Of a stretch of 64,000 nucleotides of DNA, positions 63,323-64,000 are shown one piece after another. Within the stretch, counting starts at the first letter, position 1. Each line of letters begins with the position of its first letter. A program made the position numbers and the translations under genes. Under the pieces are notes generated by a model, which had not been told where the DNA came from, searched no databases, and saw nothing but the letters and a program-made list of their open reading frames with translations. This stretch comes from Tubulanus polymorphus (lineage: Eukaryota > Animalia > Nemertea), in the NCBI RefSeq assembly GCF_964204645.1, contig NC_134031.1:7440001-7504000 (forward strand), read 5' to 3'.

Positions 63323-64000
63323 ATGGATGTAGAAATTCCATTGGATCCTTTAGATGAACCTTCTAATTCTAATTTACCTACACTTGAATATATTGATAAA
63401 GCACGTTCAAAGATAAATACTGAAAATGAAGTTACAGAAATAACAAAAAAAGAATTAAAATATGACAATTTAACTGATAAATTCAAACCAATATTAGAAA
63501 AATCTGGATTCAATATAACAAATGAAGGTGTGAATTATTTAGTAAAAGATTTGAAATATTTAAATGGTGATTATTATTGGAATTTGAAAGATGACTATTA
63601 TTTTAAGATTTCTTCTAATTAAAGTCTCGATAAAATAATAACAAAATCAACTTTTATTAAATTAGAACAATCTAGAATTAAGAAAATCAATAATGATGTT
63701 ATAACTGATGTTACAAAAGAAGAGATAACTCTAAATAGATGGGAATTTAATCGAAGAAATGATGATTTTTTGAAGATAATTAATGAAAATTTAGAACCAA
63801 AAACAATTCCTAAAGAAGTTGATAATTCCAAAACTAGTAAAAGTCAAATCAACCGAAGTTCAAACTGAAAAACTTTTACAAAATGGGTTACTTGATGCAA
63901 CAGATCAAGAATTAGAAGATTTAAATATATTTTCTGATGAAGCAATTAGAGAAATTATTAGTATGATTAAATTATTATTAGTTATAGAAATGAAGCTGAT
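63323..64000 (+). pseudogene. Hypothetical Polinton protein (disrupted, truncated by window edge)
   Basis: Motif-preceded ATG. The frame continues past the TAA at 63620. Confidence 0.5.

Larger units (their letters stand above)
53170..63325. promoter_or_regulatory. Repeated poxvirus-late-promoter-like motif TAA-(T-run)-N-TAAAT(G) before every Polinton gene
   Basis: Instances start at 53170, 59588, 60367, 60724, 60971, 61413, 61882 and 63304 (plus strand) and ~59560 (minus strand). TAA to TAAAT spacing is 15-17 nt in all nine. Confidence 0.85.
53132..64000 (+). mobile_element. Polinton/Maverick-type endogenous dsDNA virus (left part, decaying; continues beyond right edge)
   Basis: Abrupt shift to very AT-rich, intronless, densely packed ORFs including a protein-primed PolB, a penton-like protein and small membrane proteins. 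Putative terminus AGAGTACGAGAGTACGAGA. Integrase, major capsid, ATPase and maturation protease are not seen in the window. Confidence 0.9.

Noticed and set aside
53132-64000. Bacterial, organellar or free-virus contamination, or an alternative genetic code explaining the stops
   Set aside because: Gene content is Polinton-like, it abuts a host retroelement remnant, and lesions include indels and a duplication as well as TAA/TGA stops, consistent with neutral decay. Misassembly cannot be fully excluded without reads.

Overview
Eukaryotic (invertebrate-like, AT-rich, spliceosomal-intron) genomic DNA. Bases 1-45,000 hold four host genes that can be assembled exon by exon with consistent splice phases: a QSOX sulfhydryl oxidase (minus strand, runs off the left edge), IMP3 (minus strand, with a U12-type intron), a phospholipid scramblase (plus strand, one GC-AG intron, three tandem alternative last exons) and an unannotated secreted 14-Cys protein resembling the PCSK9 C-terminal/resistin fold. 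The introns are full of MITEs, HINE/Helentron-type elements, and Penelope, LINE and SINE remnants. From about 46.8 kb there is a nest of mobile elements. A full-length DIRS1 retrotransposon (47469-52373) sits inside an older tyrosine-recombinase retroelement, which is itself cut at about 53131 by a very AT-rich, decaying Polinton/Maverick-type endogenous virus that runs off the right edge. The main finding is in this Polinton. Its protein-primed PolB is interrupted in catalytic motif C (LYFD|TDAY) by a ~337-codon LAGLIDADG intein resembling the Mimivirus PolB intein. It also encodes a poxvirus VLTF3-like late transcription factor, and all nine visible gene starts carry a fixed-spacing poxvirus-late-promoter-like motif (TAA-T-run-...-TAAAT(G)). 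Together these suggest an animal Polinton that relies on a giant-virus/poxvirus-type transcription system, in a virophage-like way. All homology calls come from motif recognition by eye, not database searches.
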